From IMG/VR virus record IMGVR_UViG_3300030060_002738, positions 1 to 64,000 of that record: 64,000 bases of DNA; one strand, given 5' to 3'. The DNA comes from a virus. Within the stretch, counting starts at the first letter, position 1; every line of letters begins with the position of its first letter. The notes under the pieces were generated by a model, which was given only the letters and a program-made list of their open reading frames with translations, was not told where the DNA came from and did not search any database. Position numbers and translations under genes: made by a program. Shown here in pieces: positions 55,470 through 64,000 of the stretch.

Positions 55470-56557
55470 TTCAGATGGCGCAGGATTTCATGGATATCTT
55501 GCGTAAGAAGAAGGATGAAGATTTCTTTACTGGCGAGGAGGATATCACTGATTTCCAAAGAGATGTCGAACAGGACACTGATGAGGGAACGACTGACACC
55601 ATGATGGGCAGGTTGGATAGAGATACTAGACAAGGGATAAGCGGTGCAGAGGCAGCAGACGAACTAGATGCGAAGAGAAAGAAGAAGTTGCAGGAAAAGG
55701 CAGTTAGTGCGAAGAACCTACAAATGTGGGGAAGGATACTAGAAACCTTCAGTAAAAACCCTGACATCACGGCTAATGAAATACGGGATGCAGTAAAGGA
55801 GTTCAGTAAATCTTTCTTGATTCCAAGAAATAGAAGCAAAGATAAGATAAACAGATTCTATCAGAGTATAATAACACAACAAGCAGACCCTAAACTCTTG
55901 AACTTGTTTTTTGCCAAGCCTGAAGATAAAGGCATACAAGTTTCAGGAGATGTAGAAGCACTTGGCTTCGACCTCTCAGAAGTAGAAAGGGAATATAATG
56001 GACAAGAATCGCTTGATATTCTAAGAGAGTTCTTTGAAGCAACTGCTGATATGCCTAGAGATTTGCTTACTGGTAAGAAGATGACGAGGAGTAAATTGGA
56101 CAGGTTAGAAGCCATGCTCATAAACACAGCAAAAATGGATACCGATAATCTCCCTAAAGACCCTAAGCAGATACTGAAACTTTTCAGAGAAATAGTATTG
56201 ACTCTTGATAGATACAAGGAAAATGAACAGTCTAAACTTAGCAAAGAAGACTCGACTATTGATAGTAAGGATAGAAATTGGGAAATGAAAGTCGAACCCG
56301 GTGAGTTTTCCTATCAAACAGAGACAGAAGTATTCGATATAAATCCCTCTGTTCTAGGTAGTGTAGAGGTTCTACTAGACAATCTTGAGAACATGATGAA
56401 CGATGTAACACAAAGAAAAACTAACTCTGATGATACAGATGAAGTAGATAGTTTGGATAAACTGCTGAAGCAGATGAAGAGTTTAATTAAAGTAACAATA
56501 GGAGATTACAAATTCAAACTCTCAGATGATGAAACAAGGGCAATTAAAATTAACTGA
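55460..56557 (+). CDS. Hypothetical (probable virion) protein
   Basis: Leader variant DFMDILRK. Confidence 0.65.
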   Translation: MGMIQMAQDFMDILRKKKDEDFFTGEEDITDFQRDVEQDTDEGTTDTMMGRLDRDTRQGISGAEAADELDAKRKKKLQEKAVSAKNLQMWGRILETFSKNPDITANEIRDAVKEFSKSFLIPRNRSKDKINRFYQSIITQQADPKLLNLFFAKPEDKGIQVSGDVEALGFDLSEVEREYNGQESLDILREFFEATADMPRDLLTGKKMTRSKLDRLEAMLINTAKMDTDNLPKDPKQILKLFREIVLTLDRYKENEQSKLSKEDSTIDSKDRNWEMKVEPGEFSYQTETEVFDINPSVLGSVEVLLDNLENMMNDVTQRKTNSDDTDEVDSLDKLLKQMKSLIKVTIGDYKFKLSDDETRAIKIN

Positions 56558-56578
56558 GCATACACAGGAGGCAACCAC

Positions 56579-56908
56579 ATGACATGGCAGGAGATACTGA
56601 AAGCCTCCGAGTTTCTAGAGAAACTAGAGCCAAAACAGAAGAAGAAGATAAAGAAACTTCTTCAGTCAACACAGCCAACTGAGTACATGGGACAAGAGAT
56701 GACGAAGTTAGAAGATGTCATTAAGGAGATGGAAGACCTCGATTTAGTAAAAACAGACAAACTACTCACAAAGAAGATGAAGTCCTTCCGTGAGAAGAAT
56801 CTAGACATACTCGCAAGTGCTGCTGAACTTCGCAAAGATTATCAAACGCTCTATGACCAAATCAGGAGCGTAGCATACCCAAAGGGTGACAAGGAGGAAA
56901 AGAAATGA
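56579..56908 (+). CDS. Helical protein with WxxILK leader
   Basis: MTWQEILKA. Confidence 0.7.
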   Translation: MTWQEILKASEFLEKLEPKQKKKIKKLLQSTQPTEYMGQEMTKLEDVIKEMEDLDLVKTDKLLTKKMKSFREKNLDILASAAELRKDYQTLYDQIRSVAYPKGDKEEKK

Positions 56909-57231
56909 ATTGGTTTGACATAATGAAAATATACGGCAATGAAGAGGAGAATAATCTACCTAGAGAAATACTTGACCTTCTTGAGAAGTTAGAAGAAATA
57001 GAAACAGACTACAATGCTAAGGTGGATGAATTTGATTACGAGTTAAGCGAAACATGTGAAAAGATACTTGACTTTGTACAGAATGATGCAAATTTGGAAG
57101 GTAAGAATAAAAATGTCCTAATAAACATAACTAGAGAACATCAGAGGAAGTCAGTTTCAGAAAGTGACTATGAAACAGTATATCACTATTTCACAGATAT
57201 CTATACCGAATTAAACGAGGTGGAAGAGTGA
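56905..57231 (+). CDS. Acidic protein with WxxIMK leader
   Basis: MNWFDIMKI. Confidence 0.65.
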   Translation: MNWFDIMKIYGNEEENNLPREILDLLEKLEEIETDYNAKVDEFDYELSETCEKILDFVQNDANLEGKNKNVLINITREHQRKSVSESDYETVYHYFTDIYTELNEVEE

Positions 57232-57407
57232 GTTGGTTTGAAACACTAAAGGGAGATTGTGGCACAGAGAAGTCAGATGAGATGGCAAGAGTTACAACAA
57301 CAGCCTCCACCGGACAAGACAAAGAAGCGGCCAAGAGGACTGAGGATAAAGAAGCAGAACTATTGGCTATGATACGTGAGAGAAACAAGAAAGCGAGGGG
57401 AAATTAA
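57228..57407 (+). CDS. 59-aa protein with WxxTLK leader (not in the ORF track)
   Basis: GTG start, MSWFETLKGDC...; GTGA overlap. Confidence 0.65.
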   Translation: MSWFETLKGDCGTEKSDEMARVTTTASTGQDKEAAKRTEDKEAELLAMIRERNKKARGN

Positions 57408-57725
57408 ATGACATGGCATGACATACTAAAAGCACCTCCAATAAGAAACCCTAGAGAATCAGAGTTTGATGATAGAAGTAATGACAATCTATCATTGCCT
57501 GAGTATGTTGATTTGTTCAGAGAGAAAGTAGACCCAATAATAAGAGAAGCAGGTGAAAGGGAAGAAAAGTATGCAACCATTAAACTCACTGACTTGAAAA
57601 TGACACGGACAAAGGCACAAGAAATAGCAAGGGAACTATATAGGGACAAAGGCTACGCCGCAATATTTGCTGGTTCAGATGGTGAATTAACATTCAAACT
57701 AGAAGGGGAACAAAGGAAGTATTAA
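57408..57725 (+). CDS. Protein with WxxILK leader
   Basis: MTWHDILKA. Confidence 0.7.
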   Translation: MTWHDILKAPPIRNPRESEFDDRSNDNLSLPEYVDLFREKVDPIIREAGEREEKYATIKLTDLKMTRTKAQEIARELYRDKGYAAIFAGSDGELTFKLEGEQRKY

Positions 57726-57727
57726 AG

Positions 57728-57952
57728 ATGAGCAAAAAAGAAGAAAAAGACGAAATGTTACTATTAATGAAAGAACTTGTGAACAAGGTCAACGCCTTGG
57801 AGCAAGCAGTATACAACAAGGACAACCTACTGATGAAGTCAGGATATGTTGTTCGTGAGACTCCAACACCAGTTATGAACAATACACAAGTTCCTGATGG
57901 TGGTCAAATGTCTTGGGATGAGATTCGCAAGATGACGGAGAAAATGGGGTGA
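57728..57952 (+). CDS. Small scaffold-like protein
   Basis: Coiled coil, LMKS site; C-terminal MSWDEIRKM resembles the protease/scaffold C-terminus. Confidence 0.6.
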   Translation: MSKKEEKDEMLLLMKELVNKVNALEQAVYNKDNLLMKSGYVVRETPTPVMNNTQVPDGGQMSWDEIRKMTEKMG

Positions 57953-57957
57953 GATGA

Positions 57958-58449
57958 ATGCCTGAGAGAGTTACGAAAGAAGAGAAAATAGTTGAATTAG
58001 CAATACTGAAAGCCAAAGAGATTCTACAAGAGGCAGGACATCTTGGAAGATTGAAACTCGATGAGGATGTCATGGGAGAGGAGATGAAAGTCAAGAAACC
58101 CAAGAAGAACCCATCAGAGGTTAAGATGGGAGATATGAGCAACATCGATGGCAAGGAGGATAAGACCAATGATGGAACTATGAAAAAGTTCGATGCTCTA
58201 TGTGATGAGATTAGAAAACAGTTTGCTGAAGGAAGTATAGAGCAACGGCAATCTGATGCATTATCAGGACATAAAAATATGCTAGAAGAACTACTTAATG
58301 AACTACAAGAAAAGTTCCGCCAAGCACCCCCTGACAAGAGAACTAAGATAGAAAATGATATGCGAGCAATGATTAGGGAAATGAAGACTGTTAGAGATGT
58401 TCAACCTGCTGACCTTGCAAAACCCCCTATGGCACGAAGGTTTGGATAA
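57958..58449 (+). CDS. Hypothetical helical protein
   Basis: AILKA site near the N-terminus. Confidence 0.6.
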   Translation: MPERVTKEEKIVELAILKAKEILQEAGHLGRLKLDEDVMGEEMKVKKPKKNPSEVKMGDMSNIDGKEDKTNDGTMKKFDALCDEIRKQFAEGSIEQRQSDALSGHKNMLEELLNELQEKFRQAPPDKRTKIENDMRAMIREMKTVRDVQPADLAKPPMARRFG

Positions 58450-58452
58450 GGG

Positions 58453-61017
58453 ATGAAAACATCAGGCGTATCCTTTGAAAAGGAAACTAAGGCTCTATCA
58501 AAAAGAGTTCTAGATTTCTTTGAGAGGGTGCGTTACGCATACCTATCTGCAAAGGAGAACCCGAAGGAGTACGGTAAGAACTGGAAGGCAACCGTCAAAT
58601 CCATCCGTGAAGAGTATGATGGGCTAGGAGAGTTCGCTAGTGAACTGAAAGAGAACGTCAAGGAGAAGGAACTCTTTGACGACAAGGTGTATGATGCTGA
58701 GAGTCTACTTGCTAGAAGGGTGTATGAAGACATAAAGAGAATGCGATTTGAGTCAAAGGGAGCGGCAGACCCGTTTTCAGAACAACTAGGAAATAAGGTC
58801 TTAGAAGTCCTATTAGACGACAAGGCTACTTTCGCTGCATTCATTCACTATGCTTTGAGAAGTCACTCCAACCCACTGCCTAAGAAAGCATGGAAAGAGA
58901 GCAAACTAAAGCCTGACGAAATAACTCAGGGATACATGGGATTGGACTTAGAAGAGAGAGATATTCCTCTATACATCATTGAGCATTATGGTGATGATAA
59001 GGACTCTAGGAGAGTGCAAGGAAAGTTCAAAGAAGCACTTGGTATTTTAGAGGAAGTATACAACAGCAGTTATACAGAAGACAAGTGGGAAGCCTTGAGA
59101 GATATCGATATCGCAAAGTCCGAGGAAATGAAAGAGGACATTGATTTCATCATACCCAACAAACCGATGTATAGAATCTTTGAGTTAGATGACATGAAAG
59201 ACATCAAGGGGCTGAGTGGAGAGTATGTCGTACAAGAGAAGTATGATGGAATGAGAATACAAATCCAAAAGGTCAACAAGGACATCAAGATATACTCATA
59301 CAATGAAAAGGACATCACGGATAAATGTCCTGAGATTGTAGAGAAGATGCAGAAAAAGGGGATTGGTGACTGCGTTCTAGATGGCGAACTACTACTGTTT
59401 CAAGGAGACGATGCACTACACAGAGCGAGTGTGATAACTCACATCTTCAAGAAGAAGATACCCGATACAAGACTAAGAGCGCATGTCTTTGATGTTATGA
59501 AGCACGAAGGTAAGGACTTGATGGATGAACCTCTAAGAGAAAGGATAAACATTCTATTCTATCAATACTCGCAACACTCATCAGATGAATTGGCTTTCCC
59601 TTCCAAGAAGGATACAAGGATTGCTGACTCTATGGAGGAAGTCGGAGAGTATGCAGAGAAGATAATGGAGATGCCAACCTCGGAAGGTGTTGTCATCAAG
59701 GACATCGAATCTACATACTACATGGGTAGGAAGAAGAACCCTAAGTGGATTAAGTGGAAGAAGTTCGTGGATTTAGATGTCATAGTCCTAGAAGACAGGA
59801 AGACCAAAAGCGGTTTGCATTCATACACTATGGGAATAGGGCCATTGACTGCTGAACAGACTAGAGAGATGAAGACAATTGAACTCGATGATAAGAACTA
59901 CCTCCCTGTTGGTAAGGCATTGAATACCAAAGTAGAGGTTGATATTGGAGATATCATTCGTGTCAAGGTTGATGAGGTTACTAAGAAGGGCAAGGGATTC
60001 AGTCTCTACTCTGCTAAAGTCATAGAGTTGCCTGAAGTAGAAGAGTCAGACAAGTTGGAGACATTGGAGCAACTAGCCACTAAGACGAAGAAAGCCCTGA
60101 TACCGAAACATCCTTTCATCAGACCATCTGATTTGACTAGCCCTCTCACAGTCATATCAGAATTACAGAGAGAAAAGAAGAACAAGAGGAGGATAAAGAA
60201 ATATCTTGTTACCGATTATGTTCATGGTGAAGCAGAGATAATCTGTAAGCATGAACTAGAGGGGTTCACAATCTATGGGTTCGATGGTGATTCCCTAATG
60301 CAGAAGAATGCACTTTACAATATGGATGAATGGAGAGGACAACTAGAGAAACTAATGAAGTCTCGGAAGTCCAAACTCAGAGTTGCAATTAGAAAAATCA
60401 TAGAGGAGAATCAGAAACCCGTAGATTTCGATGAGTTAGATGAGAAACTGAGAATTACCGAGGAAGATGCATATGATGAAATCTTTGAGGGCAAACCAAA
60501 GAACCTCTTGGCATGGATGAAGAATCAAGATGCTTTCATCTTTATTTCTCCTGACAAGTTTGATGTTTCTCCTGAGAATATAGAGAAGGATGAGGATAAG
60601 GAATTAACAGGAGAGTTTGAAGTCAGACAGCGTGAGGATGGAAACTTAGATTTCATAATAGAGACTGATAACAAGAGAATGGCTTGGTTAATTGACCTAG
60701 AAAAGCCTGAAGATATCTTTGATTTATTTGGTAAGTCAGGAAAGTTCCCTGCTATGGTATCAGAGAAGATAGACAGCACAAAAGTCATTGATAGCGGAGA
60801 ACTGTTGTTTGGTGTTCAACGAGATGGTTATCATGAATATCGAATGGAAGGAGATAAGTTCCAAACTAGAATACACTTCAGAGTTGTTCCACTAGATGAG
60901 AAAAAGTCTTGGATAGTATTTACAGGCAAGAAACAGGACATGTTAGAAGATACTTCTGATGAAGGAATCATCGATATTAGAAAAGACAAGTTTAGTAATT
61001 TACAACTACCTGAATAA
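58453..61017 (+). CDS. Second ATP-dependent DNA ligase with N- and C-terminal extensions, in the head module
   Basis: EKYDGMR, LDGEL, FDVM, EGVVIK, WIKWK, OB domain. Confidence 0.85.
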   Translation: MKTSGVSFEKETKALSKRVLDFFERVRYAYLSAKENPKEYGKNWKATVKSIREEYDGLGEFASELKENVKEKELFDDKVYDAESLLARRVYEDIKRMRFESKGAADPFSEQLGNKVLEVLLDDKATFAAFIHYALRSHSNPLPKKAWKESKLKPDEITQGYMGLDLEERDIPLYIIEHYGDDKDSRRVQGKFKEALGILEEVYNSSYTEDKWEALRDIDIAKSEEMKEDIDFIIPNKPMYRIFELDDMKDIKGLSGEYVVQEKYDGMRIQIQKVNKDIKIYSYNEKDITDKCPEIVEKMQKKGIGDCVLDGELLLFQGDDALHRASVITHIFKKKIPDTRLRAHVFDVMKHEGKDLMDEPLRERINILFYQYSQHSSDELAFPSKKDTRIADSMEEVGEYAEKIMEMPTSEGVVIKDIESTYYMGRKKNPKWIKWKKFVDLDVIVLEDRKTKSGLHSYTMGIGPLTAEQTREMKTIELDDKNYLPVGKALNTKVEVDIGDIIRVKVDEVTKKGKGFSLYSAKVIELPEVEESDKLETLEQLATKTKKALIPKHPFIRPSDLTSPLTVISELQREKKNKRRIKKYLVTDYVHGEAEIICKHELEGFTIYGFDGDSLMQKNALYNMDEWRGQLEKLMKSRKSKLRVAIRKIIEENQKPVDFDELDEKLRITEEDAYDEIFEGKPKNLLAWMKNQDAFIFISPDKFDVSPENIEKDEDKELTGEFEVRQREDGNLDFIIETDNKRMAWLIDLEKPEDIFDLFGKSGKFPAMVSEKIDSTKVIDSGELLFGVQRDGYHEYRMEGDKFQTRIHFRVVPLDEKKSWIVFTGKKQDMLEDTSDEGIIDIRKDKFSNLQLPE

Positions 61018-61055
61018 CCACCTACTTCTTATAGTAAGAGAAATAGGTGCAGTGA

Positions 61056-62297
61056 GTGTTTGCTGAACAGGAGGTATTGATTAGACAAGAGAGTGCTAGT
61101 GATTTTACTATTCTCAAGTCAGATAATCTAGTAATTGGAGGATATGCTTCAATAGAAATAGTAGATAAACAGAATGACTTGATTACACTAGAAGCACTTG
61201 AAAAAGCCGTTAAAGATTTCATGAGTGAGAAGTCTTACAGAAACGTCATGTCAAATCATTCCAACGTTCAGGTAGGAGAGGTGATAGAGCAATACCGTGA
61301 TTCCAATGGTACATTACACAAGACAGGTGTAGATGGTGTCGGATTCTATGTGGTTATCAAAATGAGAGATGACATAGAAAAGGCAAAAGAGATTAACAGA
61401 GGAATCAGAAAAGGCTCACTACGCTCTTTCAGTATTGGTGGACAAGCGATATCAAAGAGAGAGAGAAAATCGGAGGAATACGGGGAATACAACGAGATTG
61501 ACAACTTAGAGTTGCATGAAGTTACTATATGTGAGAAAGGAATAAACCCTGAAGCGAAATTCGACATTTTAAAAGCGAAAGGAGGTAAAGAAATGACGGA
61601 AAAATTGACGAAAGCATTGGAAGAACTCAACGGTCTGCTAACACAGGTTCGTGAAGTTACTGGTGAAACAGTCGCAAAAGAAGATGAATTGGAGACAATG
61701 GAAATGAAAGAAGATGAAAAAATGATGACCGAAAAGGAAGAAGTTGAGAGTATGGACATGGATGAAGATAAAATGTCTATGAAGGAAGACGAAGTTGAGA
61801 GCATGGATATGGAAGAGAAGGCTCTTGATGAAGACTCGACTAGAGACTATGAGGCTGGCGAGAACGTTGTAGTAAACGGAAAGCCAGTGGCAGCACCTGC
61901 TGCACTATCAGTCTCTAAGGGTCTAGAAGGTACTGACTTCACGACTCTCGACCTAAGTGCCGAGAATGTAGAGAAGGCTTACGAGGCTTACAAAGCAGAG
62001 CAACTAGAGGCAATGGCTTACGATAACCTATCGAAGCAATTTGCTGACAGATTTGCTGCTGAACTTGAAGTCAAGAAATCAGCCGCAGAGAGAGCAGAAT
62101 ACGATGCTTCAACAGAAGTAGCCGCTCTCAAAGAGGAGTTTGCAGAACTACGCAAGTCTCTTACTGCAAAGGATGATGAGATAAGGAAAGCAACAGAAGT
62201 CGCTTTCTCTCTACCTGAAGGATTCCCAACCACTGCTGACGCAATGGCTGAGATGTCATGGGGAGACATACACAACCTCGCAAGGAAGGTGAACTAA
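61056..62297 (+). CDS. Prohead maturation protease fused to scaffold
   Basis: GYAS...DKQND, HSN..VG, SFSIGG, LHEVTICEKGINPEA; acidic/coiled-coil C-terminus. Confidence 0.88.
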   Translation: MFAEQEVLIRQESASDFTILKSDNLVIGGYASIEIVDKQNDLITLEALEKAVKDFMSEKSYRNVMSNHSNVQVGEVIEQYRDSNGTLHKTGVDGVGFYVVIKMRDDIEKAKEINRGIRKGSLRSFSIGGQAISKRERKSEEYGEYNEIDNLELHEVTICEKGINPEAKFDILKAKGGKEMTEKLTKALEELNGLLTQVREVTGETVAKEDELETMEMKEDEKMMTEKEEVESMDMDEDKMSMKEDEVESMDMEEKALDEDSTRDYEAGENVVVNGKPVAAPAALSVSKGLEGTDFTTLDLSAENVEKAYEAYKAEQLEAMAYDNLSKQFADRFAAELEVKKSAAERAEYDASTEVAALKEEFAELRKSLTAKDDEIRKATEVAFSLPEGFPTTADAMAEMSWGDIHNLARKVN

Positions 62298-62298
62298 A

Positions 62299-63660
62299 AT
62301 GAGTGGATATATTAACACAGTAAAAGACTTAGAAGCAGCCACCTACGGCTATGCTGGCGCATCAGGTAACGCCCTGTTGAAAGCGGCTGGTGTCGTTGGT
62401 GGTTTCGGAACGCCCCACGATGCAGGAAGCAACCCGTTTTCTGCTGCTAGTGGGTTGGGAGACCTATACAATGTTCTCTATGGACAGAAAGTATGGTCTA
62501 TGCTAAACCAAGAGGTTAACCCTCTTGCTATGCTTGCAAAGAGACCCTACACATCCAGTGGATGGAGAGTCCTAAAGAGCAGAGCGCAGGGTGGCTCAGG
62601 TTCTGCATTCGGTATTGGAACTGGTTCAGAGGGTTCAGACACACCAAGAGCAGACAAGATTGGTGGTGTTGGTGAGAACGCAACTCTAGGAACTGGAAAC
62701 GATATCCCACCGATTGCACCTCAGTATGAGAAACTATACGTCAGTCCAAAGACGATTGCTCACTTGTTTGAGTTCTCGGAACTTGGTATGGAACTTGCTG
62801 CTATTGATGACGGTGTTGGTGACATTCGTGCAATCGTTAGAGAGGACATGGGTAAACTACACGCAGAGACTCAGAGCAAGATGCTAGTAATGCCTCTTGA
62901 GAGGTATGATGACGGAACTGCAACAACCATCGAGCGCAACTACACTTCTCTACTGAAGATAGTTTCCTCTGCTGGTGAGATTGCTGCTATGTATAACGCA
63001 AACCTATTGGACACTGGTGCTAACAACGGAGACAACTCCGCAGTTGTTGCAGATGTAGTAAGGCTATTCGGTACTTCCCGAACTGTCTCTGTATCGAGCA
63101 ACGCCGCAACTGGAACTGCTTCCTTCTTGGATGCAGAGGTTGACTTCGGTGCAGGATATGCTTCCGGTGATGCTAGGGTTCTAACCCTGACCATGCTTAA
63201 TGACATGATTAGGAGAATCAGGCAGAACGGCGGAAACCCCAAGGTTATCTTAACTGGCTACGACACTGTTCAGCACCTTGCTGACCTTCTACAAAGCCAA
63301 GAGAGATTCATGGACAGGAAGGAGATTGTGCCTACCCACAACGGAGTTCGTGGAGTTAAGGGACAGGAAGTTGGATTCAGAGTTGCAACATACTACGACA
63401 TCCCAATTATCCCAACCAAGGACATGCCATCCACTGGTGCAAACACAACCAACACTCTGAGTGACTTGCTCATCCTAGACACAGACCATCTGTGGCTATC
63501 AGTGATGAAGCCTACTCAATACTTTGAGGATGGTATCACTAGCGGAAACCCATTCGGTGTTGGCAAACTTGGAAACCAAGGGATGTACCGAACGATGGGT
63601 GAAACCGGATGTTCGTTCTTCAAGGGACAAGGAAAGATAACCAACATCAAGAGTGCTTGA
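62299..63660 (+). CDS. Major capsid protein (HK97 fold)
   Basis: 453 aa directly after the protease; GGNPKVILTG, G....TY..IPII, D...L, QGKIT. Confidence 0.88.
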   Translation: MSGYINTVKDLEAATYGYAGASGNALLKAAGVVGGFGTPHDAGSNPFSAASGLGDLYNVLYGQKVWSMLNQEVNPLAMLAKRPYTSSGWRVLKSRAQGGSGSAFGIGTGSEGSDTPRADKIGGVGENATLGTGNDIPPIAPQYEKLYVSPKTIAHLFEFSELGMELAAIDDGVGDIRAIVREDMGKLHAETQSKMLVMPLERYDDGTATTIERNYTSLLKIVSSAGEIAAMYNANLLDTGANNGDNSAVVADVVRLFGTSRTVSVSSNAATGTASFLDAEVDFGAGYASGDARVLTLTMLNDMIRRIRQNGGNPKVILTGYDTVQHLADLLQSQERFMDRKEIVPTHNGVRGVKGQEVGFRVATYYDIPIIPTKDMPSTGANTTNTLSDLLILDTDHLWLSVMKPTQYFEDGITSGNPFGVGKLGNQGMYRTMGETGCSFFKGQGKITNIKSA

Positions 63661-63671
63661 GGTGATTAGAG

Positions 63672-64000
63672 TTGACACACGCAGTTACTCTAGTTGCTGA
63701 CCATAAGGGCGTAACTGCCCCAAAGGTCGCAGGTGACGAGTATGTAGTTGATGCAATAGTCAACATAACTGCATACGTTCAGGGTGGAATAACCCTGACT
63801 GCTGCTGAATTGGGTCTGTCTTCCCTACACTGTGTTCTAATAACAGGTGTAGAGGAGATTGGACACAGTGCAAGGGCCGTCATCAGTACCGCAGGAGCAT
63901 ACGAGTCAGGAACAAGTGTCAAACTTATCCTGTCAACTGGCTCTGCACAACAATCAGGTACATCGGATGAAGGCATGGTGAGAGTCCGTGCCTACGGTAA
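63672..64000 (+). CDS. Probable capsid decoration/head protein (3'-truncated)
   Basis: TTG start after GAGGTGA; beta-rich MTHAVTLVADHKG... running to the window end. Confidence 0.55.
   Translation, partial: MTHAVTLVADHKGVTAPKVAGDEYVVDAIVNITAYVQGGITLTAAELGLSSLHCVLITGVEEIGHSARAVISTAGAYESGTSVKLILSTGSAQQSGTSDEGMVRVRAYG

Noticed and set aside
219-63976. Numerous antisense ORFs in the six-frame track (Ser/Leu/Phe-rich)
   Set aside because: They are shadows of well-supported genes on the opposite strand and have no recognisable motifs.

Overview
This is about 64 kb of a tailed archaeal virus genome (class Caudoviricetes, HK97-fold head). The gene content most resembles the magroviruses of Marine Group II/Poseidoniales euryarchaea; that host assignment is inferred from gene content, not from a search. 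The window has four parts. (i) 1-2.6 kb, + strand: the end of a tail-fibre gene and its chaperone. (ii) About 2.7-36.2 kb, - strand: an archaeal-type replication/early module (split PolB, PCNA, RFC, RPA, MCM-like helicase, PriS-PriL fusion, ERCC4 nuclease, Cas4-like nuclease, ligase, class II RNR, TFB, DenV-like glycosylase). This module also carries an apparent ubiquitin-like conjugation set: a Ubl ending GG-V, a ThiF/E1, a JAB protease, an E2 candidate and Zn-finger microproteins. (iii) About 35.1-40.3 kb: a divergent control region with a structured non-coding tract, an iteron-like AT-rich origin candidate, and four promoter-led gene cassettes (three with an obvious terminator hairpin) joined at palindromic ACAAAGT-N4-7-ACCATATGGT-N5-6-ACTTTGT sites. 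(iv) 40.3-64 kb, + strand: the head module (TerL, portal, a second ligase, protease-scaffold, MCP). About 20 sites, almost all in head-module proteins, share a W-x-x-(I/V/T)-L-K motif that also ends the scaffold, suggesting a capsid cargo-loading and cleavage signal. All functional calls come from motifs read by eye; no database searches were run.
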